In this document: piece after piece, positions 27,841 through 35,852 of the stretch | How positions within the stretch are numbered: position 1 is the stretch's first letter | Layout of the letters: each line of letters starts with the position of its first letter | Assembly: GCA_052039655.1 (NCBI GenBank) | Contig: JBQGEO010000191.1 | Location: forward strand, 1 to 41,834 | DNA from: Pararcticibacter sp. | GTDB taxonomy: Bacteria; Bacteroidota; Bacteroidia; Sphingobacteriales; Sphingobacteriaceae | Length of the DNA: 41,834 bases | Reading direction: 5' to 3' | Translations under genes and position numbers: made by a program | The notes under the pieces: model-generated | Database searches by the model: none | The model's input: only the letters and a program-made list of their open reading frames with translations | What the model was told of the DNA's origin: nothing

Positions 27841-28209
27841 CTCCCAGTCCAGTGCTTTTTTCTTAATTACATAGATGAATCCCAGCAGGAGCGTGCCCAT
27901 AAAAATGAACATTTCAATCATCCCGTTAACCCCCATCTCTTTGAAATTAACAGCCCAGGGGTACATAAAAATAACTTCCACGTCAAAAAGCACGAACAGT
28001 ATCGCTACCAGGAAGTACTTAATTGAAAACGGTGTTCTCGCATTTCCCACTACTTCTATACCCGCTTCAAAAGGGCTTAACTTATCTTTAGTCTTTCTCT
28101 TTGGCCCGATCATGTGAGTGAGGACCATTGTAAAAAGTACAAATCCTAATGCCACCAGCATCTGGATTATAATAGGTAAATAATCAACCGGCATACTTGA
28201 CGATTTCAT
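27838..28209 (-). CDS. nuoA: NADH-quinone oxidoreductase subunit A
   Basis: PFEAG, KYFLVAILFVLFDVEVIFMYPWA and KKKALDWE. Confidence 0.96.
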   Translation of the reverse strand: MKSSSMPVDYLPIIIQMLVALGFVLFTMVLTHMIGPKRKTKDKLSPFEAGIEVVGNARTPFSIKYFLVAILFVLFDVEVIFMYPWAVNFKEMGVNGMIEMFIFMGTLLLGFIYVIKKKALDWE

Positions 28210-28229
28210 TTAGTGTTCTGCTTTTCGGG

Positions 28230-28237
28230 CAAATATA
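28230..28237 (-). promoter_or_regulatory. nuoA promoter -7 element
   Basis: TATATTTG on the minus strand, 20 nt upstream of the ATG. Confidence 0.7.
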
Positions 28238-28267
28238 AAAAAAAGAGCCTGTTACCAGGCTCTTTTT
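28237..28267 (-). terminator. Intrinsic terminator of the exbB-TPR operon
   Basis: AAAAAGAGCCTG-GTAA-CAGGCTC-TTTTTTTT, immediately after the TPR gene stop. Confidence 0.88.
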
Positions 28268-28271
28268 AAAT

Positions 28272-29930
28272 TTAATTTCCTAAGGACTTCAGCGCTTCAG
28301 GCGCGTATGTGTTAGTTGGGTCAAGAGCTATTGTCTTATTGAAATACTCTTTCGCCTTTGCCTGGTTTGTTCGCATATAGTAGGCACCAATATTATTGTA
28401 AGCTTCCGCCAGGTTCTTCTTGTAACGGGCATCTGCCATCGCTTCAGGCTTTTCAGCAAGTACAGCGATATACTTCTCATAAAAAGGAACCATCAGGCCT
28501 TTTGAGTTCTGCTCATCATCCAGAAGCCGGTTTACACGGGCCCTGTACAAATAAGAGTCCGGAGTTGTAGGCGACTTTTGAGAAACATAACTGAAAGCAG
28601 AATCTGCTTTAACAAGAATGTCTTTGCTAGCCTTTTGAACATCAGGAGTTTTTCCGGCATAATCAAAGTAATAAGCCATTCCAAGATAGAAGTGATCATA
28701 AATAACTGTCTTGGAAGCAGAATTAGAAGTGGCAAGCTGATACAGTTTAGAAGCAAGCTCATAGTTCTTAGCTGTAAACTGCTCCTTTGCTAACTCACTG
28801 AGTGGCTCTGCATAAGCTGAATCTATAGCTACTGCCTTTGCAAGTGACGATACGCCGCTTGTATCATTAGCTTTTAACTTAGCACGTCCAAGATAATAAT
28901 AATCCTGTCCGATAACTCTTTCAGGCTCTACTTTACTCATAAAATCATTCAGAGCTTTCACACTTTCTTCAAAGTGACCGTTCTCGAATGCAGCATAACC
29001 AAGATATCTGTAGATACGTGGATTAGCTTTATCGAGCTGTGCCATTTGCTGAGCTTCCTGCTCCAGTGCTTTATATTCACCTGCCAGGATCAGGAAGTCT
29101 GCATAACGCATTCTTGAATCTAACGAACGGTCGGTGTTATCCATATACTTTCCGTAAAACTCAAGAGCCTGCTTCATCTTAGCATTATACTCATTAGGCT
29201 GATCTTTAGCCCACTCATAATACGTTTCCGCAAGTTCCCTGTATGCAGGAGCATAATTAGCATTAGTAGCCAGAATCGCATTAAACTCATCAGCAGATTC
29301 TTTGAAAGCCTTTGAGCGTCTTACACTCTTTCCTAATTCAATTTTCGCTCTTAACAGGTTCTTATCCATGTCAAAGGCGGTCCGGTAAGCTCCGTATGCC
29401 TCACTGTTCTTCTTGTCACCTATATAGGCATCACCCAGGGCAAGATAAACTTCCCCATCTTTCTCGTTGATGGATTTGGCCTTTTCAAGATGAGTAATGG
29501 CTGTAGTGTAATCCTTAGCCAGGATATACGCCTTTCCCATATATAAATATGGAGTATTATCTTTCTTCTTGGCAAGAGAGATGGCTTTATCAAAATTAGT
29601 TTTTGCTCCTGCAGCGTTTTTTGCAAGAAGGTCTATTGTTCCCTGCCCTACATAATTCAGAGGATACTCAGCATCTGAACTCACCCCTTTAGAATACGTT
29701 GCTTTGGCCGAATCTGTATAATTAGTCTTCAGATACACATTCCCGAGAAAGAAATAATTTTCTCCTGCAGCTGGTTGTGCCGCAATCAGTTTCTTCAGAA
29801 TAGTCTTAGCCTGCTGATACTGCTCTGCATCAAAAGCCTTTTTTGCATCCGCCAAATTTTGTGCAAAAACTGCCGTCACCGTCAACACCCCTACCAGGCC
29901 TGCTTGTACTGCTCTTTTTATCACCTTCAT
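28272..29930 (-). CDS. Exported all-TPR protein (552 aa)
   Basis: Signal peptide ending VFA-Q; many TPR units such as YFFLGNVYLK, YLALGDAY, YLYRARV and AYNNIGAYY...AKEYFNKTIALDP. Confidence 0.88.
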   Translation of the reverse strand: MKVIKRAVQAGLVGVLTVTAVFAQNLADAKKAFDAEQYQQAKTILKKLIAAQPAAGENYFFLGNVYLKTNYTDSAKATYSKGVSSDAEYPLNYVGQGTIDLLAKNAAGAKTNFDKAISLAKKKDNTPYLYMGKAYILAKDYTTAITHLEKAKSINEKDGEVYLALGDAYIGDKKNSEAYGAYRTAFDMDKNLLRAKIELGKSVRRSKAFKESADEFNAILATNANYAPAYRELAETYYEWAKDQPNEYNAKMKQALEFYGKYMDNTDRSLDSRMRYADFLILAGEYKALEQEAQQMAQLDKANPRIYRYLGYAAFENGHFEESVKALNDFMSKVEPERVIGQDYYYLGRAKLKANDTSGVSSLAKAVAIDSAYAEPLSELAKEQFTAKNYELASKLYQLATSNSASKTVIYDHFYLGMAYYFDYAGKTPDVQKASKDILVKADSAFSYVSQKSPTTPDSYLYRARVNRLLDDEQNSKGLMVPFYEKYIAVLAEKPEAMADARYKKNLAEAYNNIGAYYMRTNQAKAKEYFNKTIALDPTNTYAPEALKSLGN

Positions 29931-29960
29931 AGTTTACTTTAATATTCTGTCGTTTTATTG

Positions 29961-30866
29961 TTATTTGATTAATATTTCCCTTGGAGGTATACTGTCAGGC
30001 AATAATCCCGACTTTAAAACAATTCTCTGACCGGTTTCTCCGGCAAGGAAGGAGGCAAATCCCCAGCCTAATCCTGCTCCTCCCTGACAATTGATAATAT
30101 ACAAATCCCTGCGGAGCGGGTAAAGCTCCATCGCCAGGTTATCCTGACTGGGCTTATAATATTTATCAGAACCAGGGCTCCCGGGAACATTTTTCACACC
30201 AAGAACCCGTAACCCATCTATCAGCGGCTCGAGTTCTTTCCCGGGTTGTTTATACCAATTTATACCTATAACACCAATTACCCCTGAATTATTGTGTACA
30301 AACTTAATAACTTCCGAATTTGTTTCAAGTGCGTACACACCTTTAGTCGGCAATTTACTAATTTTTGCCAGATCTTTTAAATATCTTACGGTACTTGAAT
30401 TGGGATTATCAAAAACTAACTTCCTTTTAGACGGTTTCCCCTGCATGATGTCAATAATTTCCTGAACAGTAATAACTGAATCAGCAGAAGAACGCTTCGA
30501 AATCAGTGCAACAGCGTCAATTGCAAATCTCGTATTCCTTATTTTGATGTTTTTCCGTTCAAAAACTCTTGCTTCCTCTTTTGTCAGAAGCCTCGACATG
30601 ACGGCAACCCGGGCACTGTCACTTAAAAACTGGTTGACAAGCATATTCTCGGGACGATAAACCAGCTGGATATCGGCACGCGGGTAAGTATTTTCAAATA
30701 CATACCACTGATCCTCAACTATAGGAGAAAAGCTTTCATCCACCAGTATTTTAGTAGATCCGCTGGTTTCAGTCTCTTCCTGTTTATTACTATTGCCACT
30801 GCAGGCTGCAAACAGAAGAGCTAAAGATCCAAGACAAGCAATAAACTGTTTCATACTATCATTCAT
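29961..30866 (-). CDS. PstS-like (PBP type 2) substrate-binding lipoprotein
   Basis: Lipobox LFAAC (start may be 30854); ILVDESFSPI, AIDAVAL, VFDNPNSSTVRY, YPLRRDLYII and GQRIVLKSGLLP. Confidence 0.8.
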   Translation of the reverse strand: MNDSMKQFIACLGSLALLFAACSGNSNKQEETETSGSTKILVDESFSPIVEDQWYVFENTYPRADIQLVYRPENMLVNQFLSDSARVAVMSRLLTKEEARVFERKNIKIRNTRFAIDAVALISKRSSADSVITVQEIIDIMQGKPSKRKLVFDNPNSSTVRYLKDLAKISKLPTKGVYALETNSEVIKFVHNNSGVIGVIGINWYKQPGKELEPLIDGLRVLGVKNVPGSPGSDKYYKPSQDNLAMELYPLRRDLYIINCQGGAGLGWGFASFLAGETGQRIVLKSGLLPDSIPPREILIK

Positions 30867-31083
30867 CGTTTCTCGTTTGGAGAAGCCTTACAAGCCGCAA
30901 AAAAGAATAGGCAATCAAAAAAACGCCAAATACAATACGGTATTGTTTTTCAAGATGCAGCGGAATGCCGTCCCAGAAGATAATCGCCATCCCTACTACC
31001 AAATAAAAAACAAACATGAACAGCCCAAAAATGAACAAAAATCGCTTTGCGGGCGATTTTTGTCTATTTTCTCTTTCTATCAT
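30859..31083 (-). CDS. Small two-TM membrane protein of unknown function (74 aa)
   Basis: Two hydrophobic helices; ATG 3 nt after the tonB stop; its stop overlaps the start region of the next gene. Confidence 0.75.
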   Translation of the reverse strand: MIERENRQKSPAKRFLFIFGLFMFVFYLVVGMAIIFWDGIPLHLEKQYRIVFGVFLIAYSFLRLVRLLQTRNDE

Positions 31084-31086
31084 TCT

Positions 31087-31923
31087 TTAATTTCCTCCTT
31101 CGAGATTCAGCATGATAGGTAAAGTATACTGAACACGAACTGGACGGCCGTTCTGAATACCTGGCTTCCATTTAGGAGCCTTTTTCAGCATTCTCATTGC
31201 CTCATCGCCAGTACCCATTCCAAGGTCGCGAACAACCTTAATGTCTGTCAAACTTCCATCCTTTTCAACGATGAAGCTGAGAATCAGTCGTCCGGATACC
31301 CCTTGCTCACGGGCTGCTGCAGGATAAACATAGTTCTTACTAACATAAGCATAGAATTTCTGGATACCACCTGGAAAATCAGGCATTTCCTCAATACTTG
31401 CGAAGTCGTGAACGCTGTTATCTTCAACAACTGCCTGCTTGGTCGGAGGAGCAGTACCAACCGGTTCGTCGATCCTGATCTCTGCATTAGGATCTCCGGC
31501 AATGGTTTTCTGACCCGGATCCGCTACCTTCAGTTCTTCAACGGTTGGAGGCTCTTCGTCTCTTACCTTTTCAGCCGGTACAACTACCGGAGGCGGGAAA
31601 CGCACCTGGTCTACCCTTGGTCTTGGAGGCTCAGCAGCTGGCGGCGGCGGTGGAGCCTGCTCATCTACCGGCGGCGGCGGTGTCAATACCACCTCCGTCT
31701 GAATCACTCTTTCTTCTGTTTCACTATCTGGAGTTAATCCTTTGATATACTTTATAATAAGCGGAGAGCTTATTGCAAGGATAAAAAGGATACTTCCAAT
31801 GATCAGCGCCCGGTTCGTGGTTTTGGCGTTATTCTTACGAAGCTGGTATGCCCCGTAAGCCTGATTCCTGCCAGTAAACACGACGTCGATCCACTGAAGA
31901 TTATAAATATCTAACTTTGCCAT
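31087..31923 (-). CDS. tonB: Energy transducer TonB
   Basis: Bacteroidota-type N-terminus VFTGRNQAYGAYQLR, one TM helix, Pro-rich spacer, and TonB_C domain (YPAAAREQGVSG...FIVEKDG...WKPGIQNGRPVRVQYTLPI). Confidence 0.93.
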   Translation of the reverse strand: MAKLDIYNLQWIDVVFTGRNQAYGAYQLRKNNAKTTNRALIIGSILFILAISSPLIIKYIKGLTPDSETEERVIQTEVVLTPPPPVDEQAPPPPPAAEPPRPRVDQVRFPPPVVVPAEKVRDEEPPTVEELKVADPGQKTIAGDPNAEIRIDEPVGTAPPTKQAVVEDNSVHDFASIEEMPDFPGGIQKFYAYVSKNYVYPAAAREQGVSGRLILSFIVEKDGSLTDIKVVRDLGMGTGDEAMRMLKKAPKWKPGIQNGRPVRVQYTLPIMLNLEGGN

Positions 31924-31944
31924 CTTTATTATTAATTAATGGTA

Positions 31945-32487
31945 CTAATATATCCCGTCTCTTTTCAGCAAACCAATCTCCGGTTCGGTAATATCAACGA
32001 TAGCATACTGCTGAACATTGGTGATTTTAATCTCATCCAGGATGTCCACCAGGTTTCTATAATTTGACTTATCACTGGGTTTTACCAGAACAATCAAATC
32101 CTTGCCAGTTGCCGCCTTGATCTCTTTGGCTTTGTCAAGGATAGCCTTGCGGATACCATCCTTACCATAGTTTTCAACTGTCGGAGGAGTTTTCGGATTA
32201 TCTACCAATCCGATATACCACTCAATCCTGTTCTTGTTACCCAAAAGAAGAGTCATCGTCCTGGTATCAGCCACATCCAGCTGATCTTCTTTGTTGTCAT
32301 TCTTATCCGGCATGGCAAGGTCCATTGCCTGGGGTTTTGCTAACGTGGTGGTAAGCATGAAGAAAGTGATCAGAAGGAACATCAGGTCAACCATTGGAGT
32401 CATGTCCACACGAGTTGACTGCTTCTTGCTTCTTACCTTCCCGCCTTTATGTTTACCGCCACCCCCACCGGTGTCTAATTCTGCCAT
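31945..32487 (-). CDS. exbD: Biopolymer transporter ExbD/TolR family (second copy)
   Basis: VDMTPMVDLMFLLITFFML with the conserved TM Asp; YRNLVDILDE. Confidence 0.92.
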   Translation of the reverse strand: MAELDTGGGGGKHKGGKVRSKKQSTRVDMTPMVDLMFLLITFFMLTTTLAKPQAMDLAMPDKNDNKEDQLDVADTRTMTLLLGNKNRIEWYIGLVDNPKTPPTVENYGKDGIRKAILDKAKEIKAATGKDLIVLVKPSDKSNYRNLVDILDEIKITNVQQYAIVDITEPEIGLLKRDGIY

Positions 32488-32505
32488 ATCTTTATTTTAT
32501 TTGAA

Positions 32506-33126
32506 TTAATCCATTCCTTCCAGGGAAGTAATCAGACTAAACTTATTAACTTTTTGTTTCTGTAAAATATCAATAATCTTTTTAACGGTAGGATACTGCT
32601 CCTTCGAATCTCCCTTTATAGATACGCGCATTTGCTTATCATTGATCTCTTTTGTTGCAATACGGGCCTGGTAAAGCCATTCGTGCATCTGAGAAGGAGA
32701 CTGACCTACAGAATCAAGTGGGATTCCCTGCTGTAAGCCGGGTTTATTCCTGTCGGCCCCGGATAAAGCGATTATCTGCTTCAACTGATGAATATCGACC
32801 CCGAAACTTTCCATAAGAGAAAAACGCTTTTTCTCTTCGGGAGTAAACTGAATCTTATACCGCTCACCCATCTTTTCAAGCATCGCAATACGGATATCCT
32901 GACCTTTCACACCAAAGAAAACTTTTCCTTCTCCTACTGTTATCGTACCGATATCAGTTTCAGGAACTTTAATTTTCACAGTTGAAGTCGGAGTATCGAC
33001 AGTTAGTGGCTCTGGCTGACGCGCTGTTGCTGTTAAGATAAAGAATGTTAACAGCAGGGAAGCCACATCACACATCGCCGTCATGTCGATAGCCGTACTC
33101 TTTCTTGGTACTTTTACTTTAGGCAT
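32506..33126 (-). CDS. exbD: Biopolymer transporter ExbD/TolR family (first copy)
   Basis: IDMTAMCDVASLLLTFFILT; IKGDSKEQYPTVKKIIDILQ. Confidence 0.9.
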   Translation of the reverse strand: MPKVKVPRKSTAIDMTAMCDVASLLLTFFILTATARQPEPLTVDTPTSTVKIKVPETDIGTITVGEGKVFFGVKGQDIRIAMLEKMGERYKIQFTPEEKKRFSLMESFGVDIHQLKQIIALSGADRNKPGLQQGIPLDSVGQSPSQMHEWLYQARIATKEINDKQMRVSIKGDSKEQYPTVKKIIDILQKQKVNKFSLITSLEGMD

Positions 33127-33171
33127 CTTTCAATTTTATAATGATTCGTTAATCATTTTTAATAGAGGATG

Positions 33172-33201
33172 AAAAAAACCCGGACATTCCATAAATCCGG
33201 G
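33172..33201 (-). terminator. Terminator-like hairpin between exbB and exbD
   Basis: Minus strand CCCGGA-TTTATGGAATG-TCCGGG-TTTTTTT, 14 nt after the exbB stop. Confidence 0.6.
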
Positions 33202-33215
33202 AAATTTTTTTCAAA

Positions 33216-34043
33216 TTATTTATGAGTACTGGCGTAAGTCTGTACAATTGAGAATCCTGCTTCGTCAATTGAATAAGTAAGCTTATCAATTTTTGAAGTA
33301 AAGATGTTGTACATGATGATCGCTACAGTAGAAGTCGCAATACCAGTTGCTGTATTGATAAGCGCTTCAGAGATACCGTTTGCAAGCTGTGCCTGGTCAG
33401 GAGCACCAGCAGTTGCCAACGCACTGAACGACTTGATCATACCTGTTACTGTTCCTAACAGACCTACCAGTGTACCTGTAGATACCAGGGTTGCAATGAT
33501 AGTCAGGTTTTGCTCAAGCATCGGCATTTCAAGAGCTGTAGCTTCTTCAATATCTTTCTGAATTGCTAAAGCAGCCTGATCGTTATCTAAAGTACCGTCA
33601 GCTTCTACTTCTCTGTACTTTTTAAGGCCTGATTTAATTACGTTTGCTACAGAACCTCTTTGTTTATCACACTCAGCCATTGCAGCTTCGATGTTTCCTG
33701 TAGTTAATAATGATTGAACTTTCTTTACAAACACTTCAACATTTCCTTTTCCTGCAGCTTTTGAAATCACAAAAAACCGTTCGATGGAGAATACAATAAC
33801 CATCAGGAACATACCCATCAGCATTGGTACAATGATCCCTCCCTTGTAAACCATTCCGAAATAATTACCGGCAAGAGGGTGACCGTTTTCAGGATCTCCT
33901 CCTTCAAAGTTTGTTGGATTTCCCATTACGTATTTCCACAGAAGGAAGCCAATAATAATACAGATGATGATCGTCAGACTTGCAAAAATGTTTGAACCAG
34001 TGCTTTCTTTCTTCGCAGTTGTTGGTTTTGGTGCGGTTGCCAT
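33216..34043 (-). CDS. exbB: MotA/TolQ/ExbB proton channel protein
   Basis: VFSIERF, GTLVGLLGTVTGMIKSF and GISEALINTATG. Confidence 0.93.
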   Translation of the reverse strand: MATAPKPTTAKKESTGSNIFASLTIIICIIIGFLLWKYVMGNPTNFEGGDPENGHPLAGNYFGMVYKGGIIVPMLMGMFLMVIVFSIERFFVISKAAGKGNVEVFVKKVQSLLTTGNIEAAMAECDKQRGSVANVIKSGLKKYREVEADGTLDNDQAALAIQKDIEEATALEMPMLEQNLTIIATLVSTGTLVGLLGTVTGMIKSFSALATAGAPDQAQLANGISEALINTATGIATSTVAIIMYNIFTSKIDKLTYSIDEAGFSIVQTYASTHK

Positions 34044-34114
34044 TTTAAATTTAATTTTAGTTTTTAGTTTTTAATTTAATATATAGTTGCTACTTACTTG
34101 CAATGATACAATAA

Positions 34115-34122
34115 CAAAATTA
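34115..34122 (-). promoter_or_regulatory. Candidate proximal -7 element for exbB
   Basis: TAATTTTG on the minus strand, 71 nt upstream of the ATG; a second candidate, TATATTTG, lies at 34331-34338. Confidence 0.45.
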
Positions 34123-34341
34123 TAACTTTCGAATTAACAAAAAATGTGATTCTGATTACATTTCCGTTATCCCTTCGCAGCGTTTCCCAATTATAGGGAT
34201 ATAACGTTCTTTTCAAAAAAACTGTCTTCTAAACCGGAACAATTTTTTGCAATAAAAACCATTTTTTTTTTCAAATGCAAATTGCTGATAAAAAACACGC
34301 AGTTTATCTTGTATTAAGTACACTTTGACCCAAATATACCC

Positions 34342-34686
34342 CTATCCTCCGGATTTTTTTACTCTATAGCCGTCGGCCTTAAGGGCAGTCATTATTTTTT
34401 CACAGAAATCGCCCTGCACAACAATCTCCCCATTTTTCGCTGAACCTCCCGTACCGCATTTCTGTTTTAGTTTTTTTCCCAGGATCTCAAGATCTTCTTC
34501 GGTCCCTGTAAAACCAGTAATTAAGGTTACCACCTTGCCCCCTCTTTGCTTCCTGTCTAAACTGACCCTAAGGTTCTGCTTATCAGGCGGCAAAGTTTCC
34601 GTTACTTCGGGCGTATCAAGTTGAAACTCAAAATCAGGGTTCGTGGAATATACGACCCCGCTTACATTTTTGATCTTTTTCGACAT
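34342..34686 (-). CDS. yciH: SUI1/YciH family translation factor
   Basis: GVVYSTNP, RKQRGGKVVTLI and LKQKCGTGGSAKNGEIVVQGD. Confidence 0.9.
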   Translation of the reverse strand: MSKKIKNVSGVVYSTNPDFEFQLDTPEVTETLPPDKQNLRVSLDRKQRGGKVVTLITGFTGTEEDLEILGKKLKQKCGTGGSAKNGEIVVQGDFCEKIMTALKADGYRVKKSGG

Positions 34687-34690
34687 GCAG

Positions 34691-35569
34691 CTAATATAAT
34701 ACAGAAAGTGAAGACGGGTTTACAGAAATAGAAATTTCCCTGCCGGCTCCCCGGGGTTCCCCATCCACATGTACTCTCACATTATCGTAAGATACAATAC
34801 GTATATTTTTCCCTTTTATTATTTCCAGGTACCTCGAATGATCAGAAGTTTTTGTAAACATCCTTAATACAACAGCAGGAAACAGGGCCAGAGGAAAAGG
34901 TTTCACTACGCAAACATCCAGCAATCCGTCACTTAATGAGGCTTTTGGTGATATATAAGCGTTATTTCCGTATTGTGGAGAATTCGCAATACTGATCATA
35001 AAAGCTGTCCTTTCAACAATCTTTCCGTCTATCTCAATCCTGTAGGTACCCGGCTTATATTTCACGATCTCCGAAAACGCTGTTTTTATATATCCCCGGA
35101 ACCCCCTTGAGGTCATCCCGGCAAATTCGTGACTGATATGCGCATCGAAACCAACTCCCGCCATATTAAAAAATTTCTGCTCATTCAAAACAGCAGTATC
35201 TATCGCCATGCTGCGCAACTGGTTAATAATTCTGATCGCTTTCCTGTTATTCAGGGGGAGCCTGAGCGACAAAGCGAGCCCGTTGCCCGAACCGCAGGGC
35301 ACTATCCCCATCTTTAAACTGGTATCTACCAGAGCGGATGCAACCTCGTTAATGGTGCCGTCGCCTCCTACGGCAACAACAACATCCGTACCGGCAGCAA
35401 CTGCCTCTGATGCTATTTCGTGGGCATGCCCCGCATATTCAGTAAAAACTAAATCGGGCTGGAACTTCTCCTTATCAAGGTATCTTTCAATCAGCAACGG
35501 AAATCCCCTCTTGTCTTTACCCCCCGAAATAGGATTGATAATAAATAAAATTTTCTGTCTCAAGTGCAC
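34691..35569 (-). CDS. YegS/Rv2252/BmrU (DAG-kinase-like) lipid kinase
   Basis: INPISG, VGGDGTINEV, PCGSGNGLA, GVGFDA and HVDGE. Start is GTG at 35569 or TTG at 35563. Confidence 0.92.
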   Translation of the reverse strand: MHLRQKILFIINPISGGKDKRGFPLLIERYLDKEKFQPDLVFTEYAGHAHEIASEAVAAGTDVVVAVGGDGTINEVASALVDTSLKMGIVPCGSGNGLALSLRLPLNNRKAIRIINQLRSMAIDTAVLNEQKFFNMAGVGFDAHISHEFAGMTSRGFRGYIKTAFSEIVKYKPGTYRIEIDGKIVERTAFMISIANSPQYGNNAYISPKASLSDGLLDVCVVKPFPLALFPAVVLRMFTKTSDHSRYLEIIKGKNIRIVSYDNVRVHVDGEPRGAGREISISVNPSSLSVLY

Positions 35570-35705
35570 CTGTAAAATAGCGGTAAAAATAAGGATTATT
35601 GGCCGGATTAAACTTCCGCCATAATCATTTAAGAACGAACTACATAGTTATCATTTATTTGTGAACAGAAAAAATTTCTTCTTTCCTGAGAATAAAAAAT
35701 TCTTG

Positions 35706-35713
35706 TACATTCG
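35706..35713 (+). promoter_or_regulatory. Candidate metK promoter -7 element
   Basis: TACATTCG (one mismatch to TAnnTTTG), 10 nt before the riboswitch aptamer. Confidence 0.55.
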
Positions 35714-35722
35714 CATTACCAA

Positions 35723-35790
35723 AGTGGACTGATTTGCTTTGTCCGTTGGAACGGAAAAGATTGCAACCACGTAAAAAAGTGCTAACACCT
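35723..35790 (+). ncRNA. SAM-II-class riboswitch aptamer (long-loop type) in the metK leader
   Basis: GTGG..TGATTTG-[inserted hairpin TCCGT-TGGA-ACGGA]-TTGCAA-CCAC-GTAAAAAAGT-GCTAAC matches the SAM-II pattern (P1 GUGG/CCAC, UGAUUU, UUGCA, GCUAA); directly upstream of metK. Confidence 0.8.
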
Positions 35791-35852
35791 GCTGCTGTTT
35801 TACGCCCTGCAATTTACCAGTCCCTCTGCTTTAATTTATTAATAATAAGATT

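Noticed and set aside
31580-31695. GGC/CCG repeats as a tandem-repeat or contingency locus
   Set aside because: They encode the normal proline-rich TonB spacer.
34140-34260. Cobalamin riboswitch upstream of exbB (a GGGAA is present on the minus strand)
   Set aside because: No B12-box or GCCACTG-like element is visible and the region is too AT-rich.
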